This document shows, in pieces, positions 38,912 through 51,470 of a stretch of 64,000 nucleotides of DNA. Below the pieces are notes generated by a model. The model saw nothing but the letters and a program-made list of their open reading frames with translations, made no database searches and had not been told where the DNA came from. A program made the position numbers and the translations under genes. The DNA comes from Vicugna vicugna (lineage: Eukaryota): contig MU057724.1 of assembly GCA_013265495.1 (NCBI GenBank), positions 1,813,102 to 1,877,101 of the forward strand, read 5' to 3'. The first letter of the stretch is position 1. Every line of letters begins with the position of its first letter.

Positions 38912-39157
38912 ATTTATCATCCAGTTAATCGCTCTGCTACCCAGACAGTGGTTCAGCTCTCCATCTCACAATACGGGCCTTTACGTACTTTTGAACATTG
39001 TGGCCAAGAGGTCTGTGCACCTCTCCCCCCTTTTCATTCCAGAAGGAACGGAGAGGGTCACACAAACAGTACAGCACCCTCAGATCCCACTTTGACAACC
39101 TCCAAAACACTTCTGCGCAGCAGACGCCCTCCCCGTGTGCCCCTGCGCTGAGCCGTA

Positions 39158-39430
39158 GCTCGTGGCTCTCGGACGCTGACATGTATCAGGGTCACCTGGG
39201 TACCGTGTTAAAATGCAGGTGCCGATTCCCACATTGCTAATGAGGGTCTGGGGGCCCCCGCTGCTCCATGGACCACTTTGAACAGCCAAGCGTCAGAGCA
39301 GCAGGTCTTACCCACCAGCCAGAACCACCTGCAGGGGAGCCTGGAGCAGGGCCCGAGAGGACCTTTCCCACATGCTCCCCGGGGATGCAGGCACCGGAAG
39401 TCCGGGGGCCACACTTTGAGACCCACACCT
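39158..39430. mobile_element. Two adjacent MER5-like (hAT-Charlie) DNA transposon remnants
   Basis: atcagggtcacctggg...gttaaaatgcagg...ggaccactttgaacag, then agaaccacctg...gctccccggggatg...ccacactttgaga. Confidence 0.6.
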
Positions 39431-41286
39431 TAGACATTGACTAATACGAGCTTTAAGGAACTCCAGTCCCAAAGGTGGAAGTCCTCCACGTCCACATGGA
39501 ACAGAAGCACGTCCCCTCTATTCCAGAGCTATTTATTTGCTCTGTTTTGAATACTTCACGATAGAAAGGAACAAATAAAAAGTGAATGTTCTGGCTCAGC
39601 ACTGGAGTACATTCTGAGAACCACTTTATAGCTTATTGAACTTGATCTTCCGTTCAGATGAGGCCATTCATGTCAAGAAAGAAACAGCAATTATGTTCTC
39701 CCTCACTACAGGCACCACTATCAAATGTAAGCTCACAAATCACAAATCTAAGACTGCACGGCATTTTAACTGGCATTTAAGTAAGAGAATGAATTAATTA
39801 AAAATTAAATCATAAGAACAAATTCCAAAGTCAAGCGAGGCTGCACATTTCCTTGAGACGTTCAATGTTTTCCAGCCCTAGTAAATTCTGACTTATTTCT
39901 AAACGATACAGCGAGTTTCTCACACGCACTATGGGCAGTGTTCTTTCGCCATCACTGCGATTTCGCAGAACACATTATCCTGAAAACTTCTTGAAGGATG
40001 AAAACACCTTTTATTCTATTGCTAAAAATATACTGGCATTGCTGTCCCTGTAAACACTTCAGTGACAAAGCTCTTCCAAGGGCATTTTGCAGTATTGTTC
40101 ATTGAAATACATATTTTAGGACTAGGAGAGTGCAAACCCTTCGTAGTAAGAGAAATTACAGAATGAAACATCCCTGGAGTGTGTTTTAGTGAAGAGACGG
40201 AGGATGGTTCTTCAAACTGAAAGCGACCCACTGAGCAGAAGTTAGGAGGTTTCTCAGCGACCTGTTCAGGCCAGGAGAAGCTGTGCAGTGTCCTGAAACA
40301 CGAACTTCTCAAACAGCACTCCAGCAAAGCTGGGAGAATGTGCGTGTAAGAGACAGCGGTGAGCAAATGAGAGCAATTTCTAAGGAATCTTCTTGCCGCC
40401 TCTTACCTGGTCCTACCCCACTGAGTTTTACTTAACCAAGCCAATTTAAAAGTACCAATCTCATCTAAATACAAGAAGACAATGTCACCAATAAGGAATC
40501 TGATTAATGCCATTAATGCCAGTGTAACCAGCCTTCTCTGTGTAGAACAGTATTATTTACTGAACTCATTAACTTATGCACGCAAGTCTTCATTAAGCAC
40601 CCATCCTCCCGGAGAAAGGGAGAAGCTGTTTCTATAAACAGGTGGGGCCCTGGAGAGAGGGCGGGTGCCCCTCTGTCACACAGAGCAAAGAGGCAGTGAA
40701 ATGCAGATCTTTGAGGGGAGGCGGGTGCCCGAGTTCACTCCTCGGTATGAGAGAGACCTCGGGAGAACAGTCTGATGGCTTAATGAGTCTATTCTGCAGA
40801 AGCGCGAGCATCAGGGTGTCCAGTGTGGGCAGGGGAGAACTCAAAATCCCGCAAGTCTGGGCGGTCTGGACGTCGCTGTCATGGGCTGAGACTGTTTTGT
40901 GTCTCAGGACCCTAACTGGTCTGTCTCCTTGGTGCTTTGTAAGAGCCACAATGAATCAGACTAGCCAAGAGCCTGTGGTCACATGAGCACCTGGCTTCAC
41001 AGTCGTGCCCTGTGGCTCATCAGAGGTCAGGACAGTTCGCATCAGCCTCCGTCCTGTGCTCATCCAGCTCCAGGCCGTCGTCTTAACCAGTTTTTGTCGG
41101 CCAGTTGGGTTCCCTCTAGATCCCAGTGTTTCATTAGCTGTGGCAGGTGACTGAGGGAGTTTGACCTTAGTTTTCTGTCGGAGGTAACAGATTATCTATT
41201 TTGGGGGGTACATTAAATTTTTCTAAAAAGTGTTGGGAGAACTATGAAATCTCTGCCTTTAAAGATGTAATTTATACAATGTGCCT

Positions 41287-41801
41287 TCTTTTTTTTTTTA
41301 ACTTAACTCTGAAGGATTTTACTTTTTTATTTATCTATTTTTATTGAGGTATAGTCAGTTACAATGTATCAGTTTCTGGTGCACAGCATCATGTTTCAGT
41401 CATACACATACATGCATGTATTCATTTTCATATGCTTTTTCATTATAGTTTTACTACAAGATATTGAATATAGTTCCCTGTGCGTGAGAGACGAAGCTTG
41501 TTTTTATCTATTTTATATATAGTTGTTAGTATCTGCAAGTCTCTAACTCCCAATTCATCCCTTCCCACCCCTCTCCCCCTGGTAAGTTAAGTTTGTTTTC
41601 TATGTCTGTGAGTCTGTTTCTTTCTGTTTTGTAAATAAGTTCATTAGCGTCTTCTTTTTTCTTTCTTTTCCCCCCTTTTATTTTAGATTCCACGTAAGAG
41701 TGATGTCATACAGTACTGGAGATCGTCATTCTAAGTGAAGTAAGCCAGAAAGAGAGAGAAAAATACCATATGATATCACTCATGTGTGGAATCTAAAAAA
41801 G
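41287..41801 (-). mobile_element. L1 3' end with inverted 5' segment
   Basis: Minus-strand L1 3'UTR at 41323-41717 followed by a plus-strand L1 piece ctaagtgaagtaagccagaaag...ggaatctaaaaaa at 41716-41801. Confidence 0.88.
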
Positions 41802-43249
41802 AACCACGTGCCTCAGTGTGAATAACAAGACTTTGGCTCATGGAATGAAGACTTTGGCTCCGAGGAACCTGGATGAGTTTCCTCCCCAGTCCGGTTCCGT
41901 GTTCCCCAGAGGAAGCTGTGTCTGCTCTGATCACACTCCCCCCTATAGCGCATCACCCTGCATAGTGCTCTCACGCCTCTTGGTGAAGCTCCTGCCGGGC
42001 CAGGACAATCTCCTCTCCGCGGCCTGCGTGGTCCAGAAACTCAGCGGCAGGGTTGACTGCATGAAGGCCATTGACCAATGATTAAGAAAATAGGGGCCTG
42101 TGACCAAGGCACTACCTCTGGGATATGAATTTTAGGGAAACAATGGAACAAATATCTAGAGATTAAACATGAAAGTATCCATCGCATGTAGTAGAAAGTT
42201 ATGCTGGTGAAGACGCACAGCCAGGTCAGCTTGTAAGTCTAGCAAGTTAACGCTTAAGGGAGATCCTTGTATTATCGACGTTCTGACTAAAAACTGGAGG
42301 TGGGCAAAGTAACACTCTTAGCAGCAGTGTACTGGTGAATTGAGATTAATTTTGCAAATTAAAGATAACTTTACAAATTTAAAATGGACAAAAAGCTTAT
42401 GTAATCTTACTACACCCTTAATACATATAACTATTGACTTTAACTCAAGGTGAGGGGATTCAAACTACAGCCTGTCACTGCCAATTCAATCAAGCGTTAA
42501 AAATAGAAGAGTGACCGGCATGTCGCAAGTGCCTAAAGGAACTAAATGGGGCCGTTCTGAAAATATCATGACATAAAGTTAAAAGGTACTGGAGGAAACC
42601 TAGTGTGATTTATCACGAAAATATAAATGAACGTGCTGAGAGGCAGGCGGATCTCAAGCAGACAGAGGAGGTGGCGGGAGGAGGAGGCGGCAGGCGGGGC
42701 TCTGAGCGCCCTGGCGGGCGGGGGCAGCGGAATTAGGTGAGGCTTCCGGCAAGAGTCCTGCGCTGTCCCTCGGTCGGTGCTGACTCGTGCCCCAGACTGG
42801 GCACTTCACAGCGGCATTTCCTCATTCGAGTCTCACGACTACCAAGAAGCTGGAGTTCTCACTCCTGACTGAAGGCGAGCCAGCCTTCAGGACCAGGAGG
42901 TATGCCAGCACTTCCCCCGCCGTGTGTCACCGGCTGACCCGGCAGCTGGAGTCACACGCCTTGTGTCTTCTCTGAGCAAACCCTGGAAAGGCCCACGATG
43001 GATGGGCACTTGAGGAACGGGGCTTCTGCACTGCACATGGACTGGAAACAGACAAGACAGGATGTCTGGAAAGTCCACGGCGAGTGCTAACATAACAGAC
43101 ACTGAAATGTGGTAAAAAAAAAAAAACAAACCCATAAAACTGGTATGTGGGGAAAGACACTGACACGTGGTCTGAAATGCAGTGCAGACAGGAGACCCCG
43201 AGCCCTGGGCCAGGCCAGCAGGCGCAGACTGGTGACAGGACACACGTTG

Positions 43250-43400
43250 TCTCTGAGCCGGCAGCAAGCTGAATTTAGACCCTAACGCCAACACCGGCCG
43301 GGTGTGTGATCTCAGGACCGTGCTTAACCTGCCTGGTCTTCGAGGTCTTCGTCTGTTAACGAGGTCGGATAAGAGAGCTTCCCTCTAGCGCGTGACGATG
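43250..43400 (+). mobile_element. MIR fragment
   Basis: gtgtgatctcaggaccgtgcttaacct...tcttcgtctgttaacgagg resembles the MIR core. Confidence 0.5.
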
Positions 43401-43639
43401 GACGGCTGCCACTGACAAAGGCAGGGCACACCAGAAACTCTGTAAAGCCCCACGGTCCCCAAAGAGGTCAGCCCCTAGTGAAGCCTGCAGGTGGGCGGCA
43501 CCCAGTTAACAACCCCGTCTGGTCGCGGTGAGGACATGCGCTGGTGAGACTGATCACATCCTTGGAAATCTAACCGTCCGTTTTCTTCACGAGAACGCCC
43601 AGCCAGTAGGAAAATTCAGTAAGTATTCATTCAAAAATA

Positions 43640-43880
43640 TGTGCCGACTTTATACATTCTGTAACTTCTTGGTGATAGACACTGTTGTAAAGGCTTTACA
43701 TGTGTTCTGTATTAACTCAACTTGCACAACCACCGTGAGAGTCAGAGATCACTGATTTCCCCCATCTTGTGAATGAGGAGGTAAACGCACAGAGAAGTTA
43801 AGGACTTGTCCGGAGTCACTGAGCCCTTGAGGGGCAGGACTGGGAACTGAGCTCTCACTCCAAGGTCCATGTGCTTAATG
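43640..43880 (-). mobile_element. MIR, near full length
   Basis: cactgttgtaaaggctttacatg...cccatcttgtgaatgaggaggtaaacgcacagagaagttaaggacttgtcc. Confidence 0.75.
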
Positions 43881-44119
43881 ACAACAGTCTCGCATCATCG
43901 TAAGACAGGCGACGGGGAGGCAGTGACGGACAGCATGGATATTATATTCCAGTGTGGGAGCCAAGGAGACAACGCGTGTACAAGGCAATTTCAAGCTGTG
44001 ACAAGTGCTATGGAAAAATACCGGTGGCGCGAAGAAGTGGGTGGGGTGTTTTAAACTGAAGTAACAATAATCCTTGTTCATTTAAGAAAGAGCATGAGAG
44101 CCATGTGCCTGGGGTGAAG

Positions 44120-45100
44120 ACAGCCAGAGCCTTCCATCCAGAATGCACCCAAAAGGTCACAACTCAGTAACAGACAAATTATCAAGTAAAATGGGCCAAG
44201 GACTTGAACAGACATTTTTCCAAAGAAGACACAGGTGGACAATAAGCCCCTGACAAGAGTCTGAAGGTGCCCAGTCACTGGGGAAACACATCAGAACCAC
44301 GGTGAGACACTGCTTTGCAGCCACCAGGACGGCCGGAATAGAAAGACAGATGGCAACAAGTGTCGGCGAGGATGTGAAGAGCTCGGTCCCTCCTGCACTG
44401 CTGGTGGGCCTCGAAATGGCGCGGCTGTGCTGGAAACCAGTCCGGCAGGGCCTCAGATGGTTAAGACAGAGTTACTATATACTCCAGCAATCCAGCCCTT
44501 GAGTATCACTCGAGAAATAAGAACATATGTCTACACACAAAAAACGTACATGAATGCTCACAGTATTGTGTTTCATAACAGCGGAGAAGTGGAGACAACC
44601 CAGATGTTCGTAAACTAATGAACGTATTATTAAAATGTGGTCTATCCAGTCAATGCACTGTCGTTCAGCAATAAAAAGGAGTGAAGTCCTGACACATGAC
44701 ACAACACGGATGAGCCTTGAAAATACTACTGTAGGCGGGCAGGGGGCACAGCTCTGTGGCAGAGCACGTGCTTAACATGCACAAGGTCCTGGGTTCAGTC
44801 CCCAGTATTTCCACTAAAAAACCGGAAATATTAGCCCAAGTGAAAGAAAAGCCGCAGAAAGCCACGTGGGATGCTAACCCGTCTGTGCAAACTGTCCACG
44901 AGCGGCCCGGCGATGGGGGCCTAGAGCGGGGCAGTGGTGCCTACAGCTCAGGGCGGAGCCAACGCTGGAGGGCAAACCCTGGGGAGCCAGAAACTGTTCT
45001 AAACTCGACGCATAACTGAACGTGAGAAAGGCTGCTGAGCTGTAACACTAAATGGGTGAGTTGTACGGCCTGTGAGTTATAGCTCAATAGAGCTTGTTTT
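44120..45100 (+). mobile_element. Old L1 (L1MB/MC-type) ORF2 end and 3'UTR, interrupted by a SINE
   Basis: aaaatgggccaaggacttgaacagacattt, ccagcaatccagccctt, agcaataaaaaggagtgaagt, tgtgagttatagctcaatagagct. Confidence 0.85.
44735..44822 (+). mobile_element. Vic-1-type SINE inside L1
   Basis: cagctctgtggcagagcacgtgcttaacatgcacaaggtcctgggttcagtccccagtatttccactaaaaa. Confidence 0.88.
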
Positions 45101-45899
45101 TTTTTAAGAAAAAAAAAGGGCAGGTGGAGCCCCAGAGACCGCAGTGAGGAGTTTGTATTTTGCGTAAAGTGTGACGGGATGCCCTTGGCAGCTGTGGGCG
45201 GAGCAGGGAAGGCAGGGAACCTGGGCTTCGGGCCGTAGCGGTCACCCGGGGATGGGGAGGTGGACCTCGGCCGGGGTGAAGGCGGTCAGGATAGAGAAGG
45301 CTGGCAGCTGAAGTTCTATGTCTGGTCTAAATCAAGGGAAAGCACCAAAAGAAGAGAGAGAAAGAGCAGAGACGCTCGGATCCAAAGCCATCGCCCCAGC
45401 TGTGCGACATGAGTCCTGTCCTGCCTCGCCCCCTCCGCGCACCCGCCCCCCCAGCCCCCGCCCGCCTCGCTGTCTGCACCCCCAAGACGGCCCAGCGCCC
45501 AGCTGGTCCTCGTCAGTCTGCGGAGCTTCCACACCAGCCTCCACTACACACAGCGTTCAGGAGGGAGGTAGAACCTCTTGTTTCTAGTGATGTAAGTGTA
45601 GTGAGTAATAAGAGACTAGCACGTTAAAGGGCACTTGGAGTTTGAAGCCATTCTACACAGTGTGGATGTAGAATTCACTGCCTAATTTTACAGAAAACTC
45701 TGGGGCTCTCTGCTCTGAATGGTCCCAGAGTGCCGCCCCAGTCACCCTCACACGCACAGGCATACTTCCACCTGCCTCTGCTCCTCCCCCTTGCTCTGGT
45801 GAGGGAAGCGGTTCCACCCCTTTCTAACCGTAGGCTCTCGGGCCCCATGACACCTGCTTCTACTTGGTCTAGTTTGTTTTCCGTCCATATCTTCAAACT

Positions 45900-46700
45900 T
45901 CCCAGCCTTCTTATGCCCTCTGGTTCCGTCTCTTCAGTAGGTGAACTTATTTCTCCTTTATATACGGCCACGTCTATTCTTCAGGGTCAAACACTTTGAA
46001 ATCCCCAGTTTCCCTTTTTTTCCTCACCATCCCTTTCCTGCACAACCCATGGCCACCTGACTCCCAGCCCCCGAGTCTACTCAAGTTTTCCCGGCTAAGA
46101 TCACCAGTGACCCCCTATTTCGTGCATCTCACGGTGCATTTTCAGTTATTTCCTGAGCGAGCCGTTTATGTCTTTGCTTCCTCCGAATCCTGGCTTTCTT
46201 CAGCCTTCCCTGAATCCCTTCTTTGCCGGCTCCCCTTTCCACCTTCCCATCGAGCACGGAGATGCCCCGGAGTTCCTAATTTTGATCCTTTCCCCCCTCT
46301 GTATTCTCCTTGGGAGCCACACCCAAATGTCCATCTCTCTGTATTGGATCTTTCTCCTGGGTCTCAGATCCACGGATCCACTGTGTGCGCACCGTCACCA
46401 CCTGGCTGTCCTACATTCAGTACGTCCATCATCTTTCCCTCTGAGTCTCTTACCCTGGTTAACCACCCACCCTGTCATCACAGCACACGACTCCCACGTG
46501 GGACGCTTGGCCAGCTTTCAGATCAGGGCCCGGGTCTGCCCCGCGAACAGCCCAGGCCCCTCTACTGTGGGTGTGTGACTGCTTGTGCCACCTGCTAAGG
46601 TGTGACACCCTACAACAGTCATGTCTGTGCTCTCCATGCGTGACATCGTTGCCGGAGCGTGGGAGAGTGTCCATAAGCTTGTTGGGTGGATGGACTCAAG
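45900..46700 (+). mobile_element. Degenerate L2 remnant
   Basis: Pyrimidine-rich L2-like phrases (tcaccagtgaccccct, cccaaatgtccatctct, caccacctggctgtcc) and a terminal ttgttgggtggatgga. Confidence 0.5.
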
Positions 46701-49700
46701 ACTGTCAAGTGTCTCTTCTAAGAAAGCTTCCCTGAGGGTCATTCCATTCTTTAGGCCATACCTGATCTTTTAGAGGAAAGCAGAACTGACTGCCGCGGGG
46801 AGGTGCTCTGGCCCCATGCACGTCAGGGCCAAGCGGGACGGCCTGTGGCCATGACCTAGTGGATCTGCACCAGCCTGCCTGCGCACGAGCAGGGACCGGC
46901 CTGCCCCCGTCCTCCAGCCGGCTCATAAAGCCGTTGAAGGCAGCTCCATGGTTCACATTCATTCTCTCTCCTTCTGGTGCCTTTTGGACACGTCACTGTT
47001 CCTCAGCCAGCTGGGAGCCTGCACAACCAGCTCGCAGCTTCTAGCACTCATATTTACGTTTCTTTACTTCCCTCTCTTGGAGACGATAAAATACAAACAA
47101 TATCTTAAATCACATCCAGTTGGAATAAAATGTTTTCATCTCTTGTGAACTTGGTGTGGGATCTGCCTAGGAAGAGGTCCACTGTGACTGAAATTCCTCA
47201 TTCTTCGATTCTTTCTGCAATTTAACACTTTTGCATTTCTTGCAGTTCAAAGTTTCTGTGCTGGCTGCTGAGAATTAAATTGTTTTAAATACAGTCTCTC
47301 TTCCAAATGATTTTTGTCAAGTCTCATTAACCTGACTCTTGTTACTCTGTATTTATATTTTCAGCATGGTATTTGCAAAAGATTTAACAACGTTTTCGGG
47401 TTAATCTTCTATAATAATTTAAGGAAACTATGTGAGTATTATCATAGTAACTGCCTAATTAAGGTCTAAAATGAAAAAAAAAGACTACAATGAGTCTAAA
47501 CATGTTTTAACCCATCATCAATGGTTTCAAACTTTTTTTCAGCATAGTGAAATCTTCCCAAGTCCACAGAAAAAGGGTGTGTAGCCCACCCTCCCGGAAG
47601 CCATGGGGTCAGCCAAGCTCCGACCCGCAGCCCCATTCCGGGCAGGTGGACGCAGGTCCCCCCGGGGCGCAGTCCCCTCATCTAGGAGAGGGGATCCTGG
47701 CAGACCTCACCGACCGGCTTTTGTTCTGATTGGGGCTGTTGTCAGAATTAGAAGAATTCATAGCTGCAGAGATCTCAGAATAGTGGCTGGCACGAGGTCA
47801 GTGCTGCATTATTATCATGGTAGAAAACAAAATAGTCTTCTGCTTGACACCAAAGGTCTCAGAGGAGGAGTTCCGTGACCAGGCGTTTCCAAGTGTCTGT
47901 GCTGGTGCGCGCAGGCCTCAGACTCCCGGCTGTTTGGCTGAATGTCCAGCCTGGATGTGATGTTTGTCATCGGCGCCGAGGCTCCCACAGTTCTTCCAAC
48001 AGGCTACTTCCCGTGCCACGGTTATTGGCAAGGGGAATATTGAAGACCTACGCTGTCTGTGAACTCCTTCTCAAATCTGGGGATGTTTTCATTATAAAAA
48101 GTTCATAGAGTCATAGAATCTGGGGATGAAAAGGACTCCAGTGGTCACCTTGCCCACCCCGACTGTGACAAGTGTTATCAAGACACAGCAAGTTGTCAAG
48201 TCGGGTTCATTCCACCACCTGCCGATCCTTGACTACCAGTAGAACCCAGAGCCCTGGGGACCCAGTGTCACTTGACACTTGGTGGCTGACATTGTTCCCC
48301 CGCCCCCTGCCGATCTCTGTGCCCAGAGACCACACAGCGTAGAAAGAAATTTAGAGAATGGATTTAGAGAACATCTGACTTGGGCTCAAGCCTCGATCCT
48401 GCTGGAGACCTAAGGAAATACACCTTCGTGTCTCTCATTTTCATTTGCTTTTATCCACAAAAAGGGGTTTGGATGGAAATGTCACAAGTATTAAATCATA
48501 CGGCACATGGAGGGGCTTCAGGCAGGGCGCAGTGGGAGCACTGGGGGGTGTCAGGGATATTATTTGATTATTATTGTCACATGCATCATCATGGTCGTGA
48601 AAACGTTCACGTGCACCATGTTGGGACCCGAAATCTTTTTGCTTAGTTGCCAAACCTAAGAAATAGTTTTTGGGTTGATGATTAAACAGGTGTGTGTGAG
48701 ACTGTGAGTGTGGGGGAGGGAGGGGAGGAGCGGGGAGGGGCGTGCACTTCCGTTATTTGACAAAGCCTGGCGTCCTGTGTTCCTGCCTGTCCCCCTCAGC
48801 GCCCCCGCAGTCTGCTCTGATGCAGCCCATATACAGACCCTGATCCGCAAATCCTGACCCCTGGGGCTCCCTGGTCGCCCGAGTGTGAAACACTCCCAAG
48901 GAGGTAAGTGATGCAGGCAAGGGACGTCACCAAACTCCAGAAGTTCATGGAGCCAAGCAAGGTTACCAGAAGATTCCTGCCTCGGAAAGTCTGGTCAGCA
49001 AGTGGCTTCCTGCGAAAACACTCGGCAACGGTTCCTTCAAACCAAAGGTCCACACCGAAGTGCACACACTTTTCTAGAATCTGAAATCCATGCCTGGGAG
49101 GCTATTCAAGCAAATGGGAGCATTTCAGGAAAACAAAATCAGCGGAATATCCTATCAGTTCAAAAAGTCTGGCTGAAATATATTCAATGTACCTGCGAAA
49201 ACCACTGTGAGCAATATTCGGAAGGGTTTTTTTTATTTGTTTGTTTTGCTGAGACCTAGAACTTGCCTATCAGGAGTAAAATGTTACAGCTTTAATCCCT
49301 AGGGGAAAAAATTCCTAAATACATCATGGAAACTAGGATAATCCTTCATGAAGTCAGAAGCGGAAAAAAAAAAAGAAAGGAGAAAAGAACTTCCTCTATT
49401 ATTAAAAAATAACCACCCGGCACCCCATCTCCATTCTCTCTCTTCCCCGGGCCTGACATTCTGCAGATGACCGCCCTTATTTGTCCCTACATGTTTTCCA
49501 AAATATAAAAGTGAAATAGAGTCCCAGGGGCACTGTACTTGAAAGGTTATGAGAGTTGGAGAATTTTAACCATGCCTGCCAAATCAGCAGATGGCTTGTG
49601 ATTATAATTATATGCATCAATAAAACGAATAATCTTTACAAAATTTGAATTTCTACTAAAGTAAGGGATTTAGTCAGCAGATGCAACAGAATGCATTTTC

Positions 49701-50716
49701 TTTAACCCTTTTGGTAGACACTGGTATATTTCACACACAAAAAAGATCAGGGCTGTGTACATAATGGCGTGTAGCCTCTCATTTTTGCCCCCTTTCTGGA
49801 GTAGTCAGATTGTCAGCCTCACTCTTCTCTTGATTTCATTTTCTTCATGAGCAGATCTCATCCTCACCCCGTTTTCACCCTTCAGAATAGAAATGTTAAG
49901 ACTAATTCCCTGCCATTGTTTGATATTTGAAAGAAGAAAATTTAAAAGAGGTAAATACCTTCATGCTGATTCACACCAAACACACTCCAGAAACAAAAGA
50001 GCAAACAGTGGCCGCATCTTCCTGGCTGAGGCCATTCTCTGCAAAATTAGGTTTTCAATAACAAAATTTTTCATTTTTTGTTTTCTTATTCTCCTTAATC
50101 TACATGCCAGGAAGGAAAATACTGTTTATTCTATTTAAATAATTAACCATTTCATTTCGGTCTGGTTCTGCACAGCATTGCAAGGAGAGGTAAGGAAGTT
50201 GGTCTCATGCTAAGCATGAATTCACTCAAATAGGAATTGGACATGTATATGATAAATCTGAAAAAATACAGTGGGGTGAGATTTATACACACATCGACAT
50301 TGGCCTTGAGCCATGTTTTCTTCATGAAGAAAAACACGAAATTTAGGAAATTAAAGTGTGTTATTTTAAAATTTTGGAAAAGGTGGAGAAAATGTACCAT
50401 AAATATTTGTATACTTCTTTTTAATGAAATCACAATGTAAATATTTTTTCATGGAAACACCAGGTGCAACTCTCCATCACAATAGCACACCAATTAAGAC
50501 ACATTTTACTCTTCCAAACCAGCCAGTGTAGCATTTAGGAGTATTTGGAGAACATATACTGTACGTATATCTACATCTTTATATTTACACTACAGAAGTC
50601 AAAGAAATTAAAATGTTGTTATCTAAAAAGTGTTACACTGTCATAGTTAATTACTACTTAGCAGTAGAAATAAGTCTTTGAACGCGTTCACATTTTTGAG
50701 GGTCAATGCAATTTAC

Positions 50717-50833
50717 CTGTGGATACGGATACACGAGATCAGAAATTCTTCTTAGCAACAAAATTCTCCCAAAGTTGCAAATTAAATGTACAGGTCAAAC
50801 CCTGTTTGGCACAAATATTGCTACCATCAGACT
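50717..50833 (-). other. ST18: Candidate alternative non-coding ST18 exon (117 nt)
   Basis: Acceptor ttttttgctttaactcttcag|AGTCTG; donor CCACAG|gtaaat. Confidence 0.45.
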
Positions 50834-51391
50834 CTGAAGAGTTAAAGCAAAAAAGTAACAAATTCGTACTTAAAAGCTTATCAGTTTGATTCTACATTTG
50901 ACAAAATAATATTCAAATACTTATAGAAAAATTCAGGTATCTCCTAGGGTTCACTGGGGTGGAATTATAAAGCATGTAGCAATAAGCGAGGTTCAAGTTT
51001 CTTTAAATAGTTAATAGAATAAAATATTTTCCAATCAGACTGTCCTTGAAGAAGAAAGCATTTGTTACCAAATCAAAGTATCAATTAAAAAATATAATCT
51101 AAGCCAAAACCTTATGAAATAAATCCCAAAGGGACAAAAAATAAAGATACCAACTTTAAAAGATGAGGAGTAAACAACAGCAGGTGAAGACCTTTGCTTT
51201 ATTTACATACTTAAGCTATGGAGATTCTACTCTGAAATTCAATGAAATTGAATATTTGTGCTTATAGAAAGTTTAAATTGAACTGTAGTAAAACCCTAGC
51301 ACACACTTTTGACCGCTGTTAATAGAACCGTGCACAACCAGCCAGTTTAATCACATACATCAACACACACTCGGTATTTTTACCTTGTTAC

Positions 51392-51470
51392 CTCGGACTG
51401 GATACAAGCACACAGCCACGTACTATGGACTTGCAACAATCTTTCAAGGAATCTCACAACATTTAGGGCT
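51392..51470 (-). other. ST18: Candidate alternative non-coding ST18 exon (79 nt; 87 nt with the second donor)
   Basis: Acceptor ctctttctcgtgtttgcactttcag|AGCCCT; tandem donors GAG|gtaaca and AAG|gtaaaa 8 nt apart. Confidence 0.45.

Noticed and set aside
38242..39151. Several long His/Thr/Tyr- or Cys/Val-rich ORFs
   Set aside because: Translation artefacts of the TG/TA low-complexity tract.
45996..46598. 200-aa Pro/Ser/Leu-rich ORF
   Set aside because: Lies within a pyrimidine-rich L2-like remnant.
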